From positions 1 through 24,511 of the forward strand of contig CAYHBD010000025.1 of NCBI GenBank assembly GCA_964354805.1: 24,511 nucleotides of DNA. The letters run 5' to 3'. Positions 1 through 7,825 of the stretch are shown one piece after another. Position numbers and translations under genes: made by a program. Numbering within the stretch: position 1 is the first letter of the stretch; the number at the start of each line of letters is the position of its first letter. Under the pieces are notes generated by a model. The model saw only the letters and a program-made list of their open reading frames with translations, was not told the DNA's origin and ran no database searches. Source of the stretch: an uncultured archaeon (GTDB taxonomy: Archaea > Iainarchaeota > Iainarchaeia > Iainarchaeales > GCA-2688035).

Positions 1-268
1 TTGAAACCTCAACAACAACGTTTTTTGCTGTCGCGCCTGTTGTATTGTTCACTGCTACAGTCAGAAAGCTGTTCTGGCCTTTGGTCAAATCCAAAGGATT
101 GGGCTGCAGGAAAGCATCAAGCGGCTTTGGCTGCAAAGCAGGCAACACAACCAAGAAAAGCAGAATGAAAGCAATTACTAAAACAGCAATGCCAAGAACA
201 GGATACTTGAACTGCTTCCAGACAAAACCGAACTTTATTGACGGATTAGCTCCGCTGTAAAGGCCCAT
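1..268 (-). CDS. Membrane-anchored hypothetical protein, truncated at window edge (possibly Ig-like/CARDB ectodomain)
   Basis: Not in the ORF track. Manual translation from ATG at 268 is open to the edge: MGLYSGANPSIKFGFVWKQFKYPVLGIAVLVIAFILLFLVVLPALQPKPLDAFLQPNPLDLTKGQNSFLTVAVNNTTGATAKNVVVEVS. It has one TM helix followed by a beta-rich segment. Confidence 0.75.
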   Translation of the reverse strand, partial: MGLYSGANPSIKFGFVWKQFKYPVLGIAVLVIAFILLFLVVLPALQPKPLDAFLQPNPLDLTKGQNSFLTVAVNNTTGATAKNVVVEVS

Positions 269-316
269 ACAACTCGATTTAATATAAAGGCTTTCTTCTT
301 AATAAAAGTTGCGCCC

Positions 317-607
317 TCAAGGCAGGGTAAAAAGCCTGTCATCGCCTTTTCCGTCCAGAAAGCCGGACCTAACACCGGCATCCAGCCAGGCATGGGCATA
401 GCTGTAGGCAGCCAAAGCCAAGTCCAATTTTCCCTCTTTTTCAAAGTGCTTGGCGTCATTGAAGTAATTGCGCGCCATTGAAAGAAAGTCCAGCGCAATT
501 TTTTCCTCTTTCTCAGAAATTCCTTTTTTGACTGAAACCTTGCCGAGCGCATGGTCTGTTAGCTTTCTGTAGCACTTCACCCTTTCAGTAAGCAGTTTTT
601 CAGCCAT
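317..607 (-). CDS. DUF357 domain protein
   Basis: Pattern MARNYFNDAKHF..GKLDLALAAYSYAHAWLDAG matches the archaeal DUF357 family; lies near dph5. Confidence 0.9.
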   Translation of the reverse strand: MAEKLLTERVKCYRKLTDHALGKVSVKKGISEKEEKIALDFLSMARNYFNDAKHFEKEGKLDLALAAYSYAHAWLDAGVRSGFLDGKGDDRLFTLP

Positions 608-611
608 TATA

Positions 612-944
612 TTATCCCTTGATTATTGAACAAACTTTTTCAATTACTTCCCTCGTTTTTGTTTCTTTTAATGAGCCGATTTTATATTCAATTATTGATT
701 TGTCTGCTGTAAAGATTTTATTTGGCCTAACATTGCTTTCTTGCCTCAATGAGCCTGATTTGAATTCCGTTTCAGAAAGTTGAATAGAATAACTGTCTCT
801 TGTGTTTTTGCTTGTTATCTGACAAAGGATTAAATCATTGCCAGGTAAACAAGTTAAAACCAAAGCAGGCCTTCTTTTCGCCTTACTTAAATCACTAAAT
901 GGAAAAGGGATTACTACAATATCCCCCTTCATAAATTTTTCCAT
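612..944 (-). CDS. mazF: PemK/MazF-family type II toxin (endoribonuclease)
   Basis: KGDIVVIPFPFSD..K.RPALVL and ILCQITS motifs; overlaps the upstream antitoxin gene by 16 nt. Confidence 0.92.
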   Translation of the reverse strand: MEKFMKGDIVVIPFPFSDLSKAKRRPALVLTCLPGNDLILCQITSKNTRDSYSIQLSETEFKSGSLRQESNVRPNKIFTADKSIIEYKIGSLKETKTREVIEKVCSIIKG

Positions 945-1174
945 GCTTCTTCCTCTTCATCTGAAAGCCAATCTTTTGCCAAAGCTTTTTCTGACCCCAG
1001 CATGGTAAAAAGGTTGCCCCTCAGCAGACTGTCAACTTTGGTTAGAGTAACTTTGCCTTGCTTCTCAACTAAAAGCAGTTTGCACCCTTTGATGACCCGC
1101 ATTTCATCCCTGACCTTTTTAGGCAAAACAATCTGGCCCTTTTCACTGACAGTTATTATCTCAACTTCGCTCAT
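929..1174 (-). CDS. AbrB/MazE/SpoVT-family antitoxin
   Basis: N-terminal VSEKGQIVLPKKVR AbrB motif; acidic C-terminal tail SEKALAKDWLSDEEEEAWKNL; directly upstream of mazF. Confidence 0.88.
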   Translation of the reverse strand: MSEVEIITVSEKGQIVLPKKVRDEMRVIKGCKLLLVEKQGKVTLTKVDSLLRGNLFTMLGSEKALAKDWLSDEEEEAWKNL

Positions 1175-1197
1175 AAAATATATAATTCACCAAACAA

Positions 1198-1224
1198 TTT
1201 ATAAAAGTAAGCCTTGACTTACTT
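1198..1224 (-). promoter_or_regulatory. TATA-like box plus inverted-repeat operator of the toxin-antitoxin operon
   Basis: AAGTAAG(1205-1211)-N6-CTTACTT(1218-1224) abuts minus-strand TTTTATAAA about 25-30 nt upstream of the antitoxin start. Confidence 0.6.
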
Positions 1225-1253
1225 GCAATTTATCATTTGCCGAGTGCTTTTAC

Positions 1254-2015
1254 TTACCCATGCAATGCACCCAAAGCTTCTTTCTCCTTCTCCGTTAAGG
1301 GAGCAGCGATTACAAGCGACTGCGGGAACAAGGCATAGCTGCTTCTCTGCAGTTTCTCCAAATCAGCTACTTTCACTGTTTCCTTGCTGCTGCCCAAGGC
1401 AAACAGCGCAATCAAAGTCGCTTTCTGCAGAATGCCCTTGCCCTTTTTCTTTTCAATTTTCTGCAGTATGCCAAGCGCTTCGCTCACTGTCATCATTCTG
1501 TTGTGCTCTGCATCAAAGTCAAGCAGGCACAAAGTGTGCAGATTGTTTTCAAAATTCGTTTCAATCAAATCGTAAAAAGATTCTGGGGCAAAGTTTTCCT
1601 GCGGGGCAACAATAGTGCAGGTTCTGCCAAACCTATACTGGTCCAAGCCTGTTGCCCCCAAAAAATTGTAAATGGAAATGCCTGCAATGACTTTTGCCTG
1701 AACGCCAAGCCGCTTTGCATCAAGCAGCAATTGCACGTGCGTTGTTGCGCTCAAAGGGTTGCCGAAAACAAGCAATGCAATGTTTTCGCTGCTTTTCTTC
1801 GCTTCTTTCAGCAGCAGGTGGAAGCCCTCTTCAACCGCTTTTCTGTCCAGAGAAATTATTTCTTTTTTAATTAATTCTTTCAGCTCGGCAGTATTGCCTT
1901 CGCTGTAAGCGCTTGTATAAGTATCCAGAAAAATAGTGCCGCATTTGCCAATGGCTTCCTTTGCCTCAAGTGTCAAGTGCGCCGGCTTCAACCCTATGCC
2001 GATAAGGTAGAACAT
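1254..2015 (-). CDS. dph5: Diphthine synthase
   Basis: MFYLIGIGL start, LDTYTS, LLVFGNPLSATTH, GLDQYRFGRT and LHTLCLLD motifs. Confidence 0.95.
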   Translation of the reverse strand: MFYLIGIGLKPAHLTLEAKEAIGKCGTIFLDTYTSAYSEGNTAELKELIKKEIISLDRKAVEEGFHLLLKEAKKSSENIALLVFGNPLSATTHVQLLLDAKRLGVQAKVIAGISIYNFLGATGLDQYRFGRTCTIVAPQENFAPESFYDLIETNFENNLHTLCLLDFDAEHNRMMTVSEALGILQKIEKKKGKGILQKATLIALFALGSSKETVKVADLEKLQRSSYALFPQSLVIAAPLTEKEKEALGALHG

Positions 2016-2040
2016 AGAAAAACAATTGCTGGGTTAAGAA

Positions 2041-3696
2041 TTAAAAGCGCATCTTTCCAGCAGCTGCCCTGTCAACAACAAAAGCAAAATTCTTGTTGGG
2101 CTTTAATGCAACAGCAGGCCAACGCAAAAAATCCCTGCTGTGCAGGGAAGCAGCAACTGCATTTGCCTTGCTTTTTCCGCTTGCAATAAGCAGAATCTGC
2201 CTGCTGTTCTCCCTTATTGTTCCCAAGCCGATTGTAATTGCCTTTGCCGGAGCCAAGCCAGAGGCAAAATTTCCCCCGTTCACTTTCCTTGTTTCCTGCT
2301 TTAGCAGAACTGTTCTCGTGATTCCATAGCTGCAGCTCCCTGGCTCGTTGAACGCAACATGCCCGTTCCTGCCAATGCCCAGAATGCACAGGTCAACGCC
2401 CTGCTTTTTGATTGCCGACTCGTGCCTTGCGCACTCTGCTTTCAAATTGCGGGCTGTGCCGTTCAGAAGAAAAATATTTTGCCTTTTTGCATTCACTTTA
2501 TTGAAAAAATTCTTTTTCAGGAAATAACTGAAACTGTTTTTGTCACTCTGCCCCAATCTAGCGTATTCATCAATTGCAAAAAAGCGTGCTTTGCTGAAAT
2601 CAATTCTTTTTCTTTTATATTCTGCTGCAAGAATTTTGTATAATTGCATTGGAGTCGCGCCTGTCGGCAAAGCAATTGCAGCGCTTGGATTGCGCTGCAG
2701 CAACTCAGTTACAATTGAAGCGGCTTTGCTGCTCATTGCACTGTAATCTTTTTCAACAATCAATTCAGGCTTGTTGCGCATTGCAACAAAGCGCTCAATC
2801 GCTTTAGGGCTTGGCGCAGCTAGGCCATGCTGCCTGATTTTTCTTGCTGCAACAAAATTTCCTGCAAGCATGCAGTTGCTCAAGCTCCAGTTGTGCATCA
2901 ATCCGAACACAAAGCCGGCATTGAATGCGTCTCCTGCTGCAGTGGTGTCAAGCACGTGCTTGGCGACAGAAGGAAAGTGCTGTGCAGGAAAGCCTTTTTT
3001 GAAAAGCGTTGCTCCCCTGGCTGCCTGCTTTACAACAACGCAGCGCGAGCCTTTATGAAAGAGTGAGTTAACCCTCTGCTGCATTGTTGCACCTTTTGCA
3101 ATGTGCCTCAGCTCGATGTCGTTCACAAACAAAAAATCAATGAACGGGAGGAATGCATTAATGTTCCATTTGCCTGTTGTGTCAAAGCAGGTGTCAAAGC
3201 AGACAAGCGCTTTGCGCTGCTTTATTTCTTTAAGCAGGGTTTGGAAGCCATTGCGCAAATTCTGCAAGTGATAGAAGCCGCCGAAGAAAACAATGTCGCC
3301 TGCATTCAGTTTCGGCAAAAGAATTTTTTCAGCCCTTTTCGCTGTTATTTCAGCAAGGCAGTTTTTCACAGACTGGATTGCCCTCTCGCCCCTCTTGTTC
3401 ACAGCGATTATGCTGAATGCGTTTTTCTCTTTGCTCTTGATTAGGCAGGAAGAAACTTTTGCCTTTGCCAGCTGCGTTTGCAGGAACCGTGTTGCGAAAT
3501 CGTTTCCGAGCGCGCTGGCAAGAGTCGGCTTTAAACCGAGCTTTGCTGCTATCACAGCGAAGTTCGCCGCGTTGCCTCCAATGCTGAAAGCAAGCTGGCG
3601 CAAAGCGTGCTCCTCCCCGAATTCAATTCTTACTCCTATTTCCTGCAACACGTCCAAGCAAAGGTCTCCGATGCTGAAAAGCCTAATTTCTTTCAT
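2041..3696 (-). CDS. Fusion of a PfkB-family carbohydrate kinase and NagB glucosamine-6-phosphate deaminase
   Basis: The N-terminal ~305 aa carry GGNAANFA, FVNDIE and DTTAAGDAFNAG. The C-terminal ~245 aa carry LPTGATP, IDEY and LGIGRNGHVAFNEPG. One uninterrupted frame. Confidence 0.92.
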   Translation of the reverse strand: MKEIRLFSIGDLCLDVLQEIGVRIEFGEEHALRQLAFSIGGNAANFAVIAAKLGLKPTLASALGNDFATRFLQTQLAKAKVSSCLIKSKEKNAFSIIAVNKRGERAIQSVKNCLAEITAKRAEKILLPKLNAGDIVFFGGFYHLQNLRNGFQTLLKEIKQRKALVCFDTCFDTTGKWNINAFLPFIDFLFVNDIELRHIAKGATMQQRVNSLFHKGSRCVVVKQAARGATLFKKGFPAQHFPSVAKHVLDTTAAGDAFNAGFVFGLMHNWSLSNCMLAGNFVAARKIRQHGLAAPSPKAIERFVAMRNKPELIVEKDYSAMSSKAASIVTELLQRNPSAAIALPTGATPMQLYKILAAEYKRKRIDFSKARFFAIDEYARLGQSDKNSFSYFLKKNFFNKVNAKRQNIFLLNGTARNLKAECARHESAIKKQGVDLCILGIGRNGHVAFNEPGSCSYGITRTVLLKQETRKVNGGNFASGLAPAKAITIGLGTIRENSRQILLIASGKSKANAVAASLHSRDFLRWPAVALKPNKNFAFVVDRAAAGKMRF

Positions 3697-3757
3697 AATT
3701 AACCTGATTTAATAGGGATGAATTGCTATTTAATTTTTGCCCTCCAACTATTTTTTC

Positions 3758-4354
3758 ATGGTTAAGGCACTTGTTGTTGTTGCGCACCCTGATGACGAGA
3801 CAATCTGGTGCGGAGGCACAATTTTAATGCACCCTGACTGGAATTGGGCAATTCTTTCTTTATGCAGGCGCGATGACAAGGACAGGGCGCCGAAATTTGA
3901 GAAAGCGTGCAGGCAATTTGGGGCAAAGTGCGCGATGAGCGATTTGGATGACGAGAACCTTGAAAAAGAAATGCCGCTTGATGAAGTGAAAACCAGGATC
4001 AGGGCAATGCTGCAGCAGACAAAAGCCGGAAACAGCTTTGATTTCATTTTCACGCACGGAGCGAACGGCGAGTACGGGCACAAAAGGCACAAGGAAGTGC
4101 ACGCTGCAGTGAAAGAGATGATTGCAGGCAAGCAGCTGAGCTGCAAAAAAATTTTCTTCTTCAGCTACAAATTGTCTGCACAGCGCGACTGCTGCGAGCC
4201 GAACGAGCGCGATGCGAGCGCAAACACGCGCTTAAGCGAGCAAATCGCGCGAAAGAAAACTTTATTAATCACTTCAACGTATGAATTTAGTATGCAGAGC
4301 TTCGAACAACGCAGCGCACAGCGCGTTGAGAGCTTTGCAGCGGTTGATGGATGA
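3758..4354 (+). CDS. PIG-L/LmbE-family N-acetyl-sugar deacetylase
   Basis: VVAHPDDE metal motif and GEYGHKRH. ATG at 3758 is preferred over TTG at 3737. Confidence 0.9.
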   Translation: MVKALVVVAHPDDETIWCGGTILMHPDWNWAILSLCRRDDKDRAPKFEKACRQFGAKCAMSDLDDENLEKEMPLDEVKTRIRAMLQQTKAGNSFDFIFTHGANGEYGHKRHKEVHAAVKEMIAGKQLSCKKIFFFSYKLSAQRDCCEPNERDASANTRLSEQIARKKTLLITSTYEFSMQSFEQRSAQRVESFAAVDG

Positions 4355-5534
4355 GATGAGAAGCTTAATTCTTTATCCTTTCCCAATGGAATTGGACGGA
4401 GTCAGCATTCAGGGAGACATGCTGTACAGGGGCTTGCTGCACCACAAGCAGCAGGCAGTTGCCTGCGACAGGGAAGCTGATGTTGAGAAGCAGCTGATTT
4501 ACAAAAGCTTCAAGCCTGATGCGGTAATTGGAGTAGGCTACTGGGGCGATGCACCTTCAATCATCAAGCATCCATTGCAGTACGGTGTAACTCCTGTTCC
4601 CTGGCTGAATGCGGACGGCTGGGTTTCGAATTATCACGATGTGCTGAATGATTTGCCGCTGATTATGGTTACAAGCAACTGGGTCAAGCACACTTACAAA
4701 AGAGATGGGGTAACGAACAAGAACATTGAGGTCATGCCGATTGGAATTGACATGCAGGAAATGCGGCCTCTGCCGAAAGATGATGCAAGGATACAGAACA
4801 TCAGGGAAATGCTCGGCATCAGGCCGGAGCAGAAAATGATTATGACAGCAGGCGGTGACACAACAAGCAAGGGCTTTCAGGAAGTCTTGAGGGCACTGGG
4901 AAAAATTGACAAGGAATTTCCTGACTGGGTTTATGTCGGAAAGAGCTGGGAGCAGTGCGTCCCTTACTATCACTACAAGGAAGAGCTGAAAATAATGAAA
5001 GAGCTCGGCATCAGAAAAAAAGTTCGCTTCTTGGACGGCCCTCTTTCAAGGGAGTTCATGTGCTGCCTGCTGAATGCGTGCGATGTTTACGCTGCGCCGA
5101 GCAGGATTGACGGCTTTGGAATGATTCAGGTTGAAGCCCAGGCATGCGGCAAGCCTGTTCTTGGAATCGAAAGCATGGGCATTGCTGATACAGTGCTGCA
5201 CGGCAAAACAGGCTTTCTTGCAAAAGTCGGCGAGGAAGTGAAACTAACGGAAGAGTGGGTTTACCGCTGGCAAGGATTCAAGAAAAAGCAGAAAATTAAA
5301 TTCAGCGAACCGAAAACATTCGGAATCAGGGCAGACGTTGACGATTTGGCGAAATATCTGCTGCAGTTACTCACTGACGACCAGCTCAGGCAAAAAATGG
5401 GTGCAGCAGCAAGAGAGCATGTTGCCCGGAACTTTGATTACATAAAGACTTCAGGCGACATTTACAGGCTGATTGAGAAAAAGCTCGGCCTGAACGGCAG
5501 GGAAAAGGCAACTGTTGCAGTCAGGCAAAAATAA
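4347..5534 (+). CDS. Glycosyltransferase family 4 (GT-B, retaining)
   Basis: CDVYAAPSRIDGFGMIQVEAQACGKPV and DTVLHGKTGFL motifs. The start is 4347 or 4356, coupled to the deacetylase stop. Confidence 0.92.
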   Translation: MDEMRSLILYPFPMELDGVSIQGDMLYRGLLHHKQQAVACDREADVEKQLIYKSFKPDAVIGVGYWGDAPSIIKHPLQYGVTPVPWLNADGWVSNYHDVLNDLPLIMVTSNWVKHTYKRDGVTNKNIEVMPIGIDMQEMRPLPKDDARIQNIREMLGIRPEQKMIMTAGGDTTSKGFQEVLRALGKIDKEFPDWVYVGKSWEQCVPYYHYKEELKIMKELGIRKKVRFLDGPLSREFMCCLLNACDVYAAPSRIDGFGMIQVEAQACGKPVLGIESMGIADTVLHGKTGFLAKVGEEVKLTEEWVYRWQGFKKKQKIKFSEPKTFGIRADVDDLAKYLLQLLTDDQLRQKMGAAAREHVARNFDYIKTSGDIYRLIEKKLGLNGREKATVAVRQK

Positions 5535-5636
5535 ATCTCTCTTTTTAAGTTGGACCGCGAGTTGGCAGAAAAAACCGCAATTCAGAAAAAACAATTTTTC
5601 TTTTCAACTGCAGGCTGAAACACCAGAAATTGCAAT

Positions 5637-6776
5637 TCAAATGAGTGCTTTTTTCTTTTCTAAGCTTTTGAATGCAAGCAAATACGCGCCTGCGCTCCAG
5701 GCATGGAAAGTTCCGCCCATTGCCCTCCCTGAAAGAGGGTTAATCCATTCATTGAATTCCCATTTGTGCTCTTTTCCCAAGCGGTTTGCTTTAGCCAATT
5801 GCACTAATTCATGTTCTGCAGAATCAAATTGCTTTGCCCCTACCAAAGCAGCAACATGGAAGCCGCCAATGAACGGCCAGATGCCGCCGTTCAAATAGTA
5901 GTGTGGAGTTGCAGCAAGGCATTTGCTGAAATAGCTGTGCCACTCTGGCCTGTGCTCCCTTATCGGAGGAAAAATTGCCCTCACAGGAAAAGGCCTGTTG
6001 ATTTTGTTCTCTTGGATGAATGAAAGGATTGATTCGCTTTGCTTTTTGTTTGCAAGCCCGCTGCACACTGCAAGCAGATTGCCCAATGAATCAAACCACT
6101 GCTCCTGCTCCCTGTCACCATTGTGGTTTTTCCACTGCCATGGCAAAAAGAAGCCATGCTCTTCGCTGAAAAGGTTTATGTCCATCTTGCTTCTGCCTGT
6201 TGCAACCTTTCTCACTCTTTCAGCTTCCCTGTTTTTTCCAAACGCCCTGAGAGCAGCGTAATAAAGCGCAATCGAATTTATTGTGTGCCCGTATTTGTGC
6301 GGGAAGCAATCCTGCCAATCAGATGTAGGCAGCTGCTCTGGCAGGCTGTCTTCGCCACTGTCCTGGCAGCGAAGCCAGCATAAGGCAGCGTCAATTGCAT
6401 TTTTGTGTTTTTTAATTATGCCTTTTTCTTTGTAATTTCTTGCAAAAGCCCTTAAGCCGAGAAGATACCACAATGTGCTGTCGATTGTTGCAAAAGTAAC
6501 CTGCTTTCCCCTTTTCTTATCCCACAAGTCAACGGCATTCGGGATTTGCCCGGTGATGCTCTGGTTTTTGGCGAGAGTGCCAAGCGTTAAAGCAAACTGC
6601 TGCTTGAATTCATTCTGTTCATCAGCAGCGCTTGCCCCAATCAGGCCGATCATGCTGTCCCTTGCAAAAACCATGTTATAGCTGTGCGCTCCTGCGCTTG
6701 CATACATTCCATGCCCAGTGCTGCATTTTCGGAGAACAATTTTTGCGTTTTTAAACGCCTCTTCAGTTATATGCAT
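5637..6776 (-). CDS. GH100-like (alkaline/neutral invertase-related) (alpha/alpha)6 glycoside hydrolase
   Basis: YNMVFARD, IDSTLW, YLNGGIWP, WEFNEW and HAWSAGAYL parallel GH100 motifs. Substrate not determined. Confidence 0.8.
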   Translation of the reverse strand: MHITEEAFKNAKIVLRKCSTGHGMYASAGAHSYNMVFARDSMIGLIGASAADEQNEFKQQFALTLGTLAKNQSITGQIPNAVDLWDKKRGKQVTFATIDSTLWYLLGLRAFARNYKEKGIIKKHKNAIDAALCWLRCQDSGEDSLPEQLPTSDWQDCFPHKYGHTINSIALYYAALRAFGKNREAERVRKVATGRSKMDINLFSEEHGFFLPWQWKNHNGDREQEQWFDSLGNLLAVCSGLANKKQSESILSFIQENKINRPFPVRAIFPPIREHRPEWHSYFSKCLAATPHYYLNGGIWPFIGGFHVAALVGAKQFDSAEHELVQLAKANRLGKEHKWEFNEWINPLSGRAMGGTFHAWSAGAYLLAFKSLEKKKALI

Positions 6777-6835
6777 AAATGCATACTTTTAGTGCTGAAC
6801 TTCTATTTAAAATTATTATTTTGGGCTATTAGTTT

Positions 6836-7564
6836 ATGAAAGGCACTAAACTGGCGAAAGATATTTATGCGCTTAAAACAGGGCTTTGGATTCAGCCCGA
6901 CAAAGCGCTTGTAATCGCCGACCTGCATTTGGGCATAGAGGAAATGCTCAACAGGCAGGGCGTTCTTTTGCCGCGCTTTAATTTCAGGGAAATCAAAAAA
7001 ATTCTTGAAAAGAGTTTTCAAAAAGCCAAGCCTGAAACCATTATAATAAACGGCGACCTCAAGCACGAGTTCGGATCAATCTCGGAGCAGGAGTGGAGTG
7101 AGGTGATTGACATGCTGCGCTTCCTTCAGCAAAATTGCGAAAAAATCGTTTTAATCAAAGGCAACCATGACACAATCCTCGGGCCGATTGCGAAATGGGA
7201 GAACATGAAAATTGAAAGCGGGGGGATTTTTTTGCGCAAATCAGGCGTGTTTGTTGCGCACGGTGAGCAGATTCCAAAATCACCTGAATTTAAGAAAGCA
7301 AAAACAATCATCATAGGGCACGAGCACCCTGCAATAACAATCAGGGAGCAGTACAAGCGGGAGCAGTTCAAATGCTTTCTTGTTGGAAAATTCAAGGGCA
7401 AGCAGCTGATCGTGCAGCCGAGCATGAATTCTGTAAGCATCGGGACAGATGTGCGCAGGGAGCAGCTGTTAAGCCCTTTCCTGCAGCAGGGACTGGGCAG
7501 CTTCAAAGTGTTTGCTGTTGCAGACAAAGTGTATGATTTCGGGAAACTGGGGGAACTGCAATAA
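6836..7564 (+). CDS. Calcineurin-like metallophosphoesterase (archaeal SbcD/Mre11-related)
   Basis: All five motifs are present: ADLHLG, NGDLKH, GNHD, HGE, GHEHP. Confidence 0.9.
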   Translation: MKGTKLAKDIYALKTGLWIQPDKALVIADLHLGIEEMLNRQGVLLPRFNFREIKKILEKSFQKAKPETIIINGDLKHEFGSISEQEWSEVIDMLRFLQQNCEKIVLIKGNHDTILGPIAKWENMKIESGGIFLRKSGVFVAHGEQIPKSPEFKKAKTIIIGHEHPAITIREQYKREQFKCFLVGKFKGKQLIVQPSMNSVSIGTDVRREQLLSPFLQQGLGSFKVFAVADKVYDFGKLGELQ

Positions 7565-7614
7565 TTTTTAATTCTGCTTGTATAATTTTTATTTGAGAAC
7601 AATTTTCTTTTGAT

Positions 7615-7645
7615 ACACCTTTTCTTTTCTAAAAAGAAAAGGTGT
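7615..7645. repeat. Perfect 14-bp hairpin immediately 5' of the tRNA
   Basis: ACACCTTTTCTTTT-CTA-AAAAGAAAAGGTGT. Confidence 0.85.
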
Positions 7646-7646
7646 T

Positions 7647-7721
7647 GGGGCAGTAGTATAGCTTGGTCTAGTATTCTGGCTTCGGGAGTCAGCGACGGGG
7701 GTTCAAATCCCCCCCGCCCCA
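7647..7721 (+). tRNA. tRNA-Pro(CGG), intronless, CCA not encoded
   Basis: Cloverleaf: acceptor GGGGCAG/CCGCCCC (one A-C mismatch), D stem GTAT/GTAT (two G-U pairs), anticodon stem CTGGC/GTCAG with loop TTCGGGA, T arm GGGGG-TTCAAAT-CCCCC, discriminator A. Confidence 0.93.
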
Positions 7722-7755
7722 AACCTTTTTAAACAAGTTAGCATTTAATCATTTA

Positions 7756-7812
7756 GTTTTGCGAAAGCAAAACCATTTTTACCAAGGCTTTTTTGCGAAG
7801 CAAAAAAGGCTT
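7756..7812 (+). repeat. Dispersed hairpin repeat, copy A
   Basis: GTTTTGC-GAAA-GCAAAAC followed by AAGGCTTTTTTGC-GAA-GCAAAAAAGGCTT; flanked by ATTTAATC direct repeats (7743-7750, 7814-7821). Confidence 0.85.
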
Positions 7813-7825
7813 AATTTAATCTCTG

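Noticed and set aside
3758-5534. Calling the deacetylase and GT4 bshB/bshA or mshB/mshA
   Set aside because: Only family-level motifs are visible, there is no cysteine ligase in the window, and the neighbours point to sugar catabolism.
7126-7722. 198-aa minus-strand ORF starting MGRGGFEPP
   Set aside because: It is the antisense reading of the tRNA and the phosphoesterase gene.
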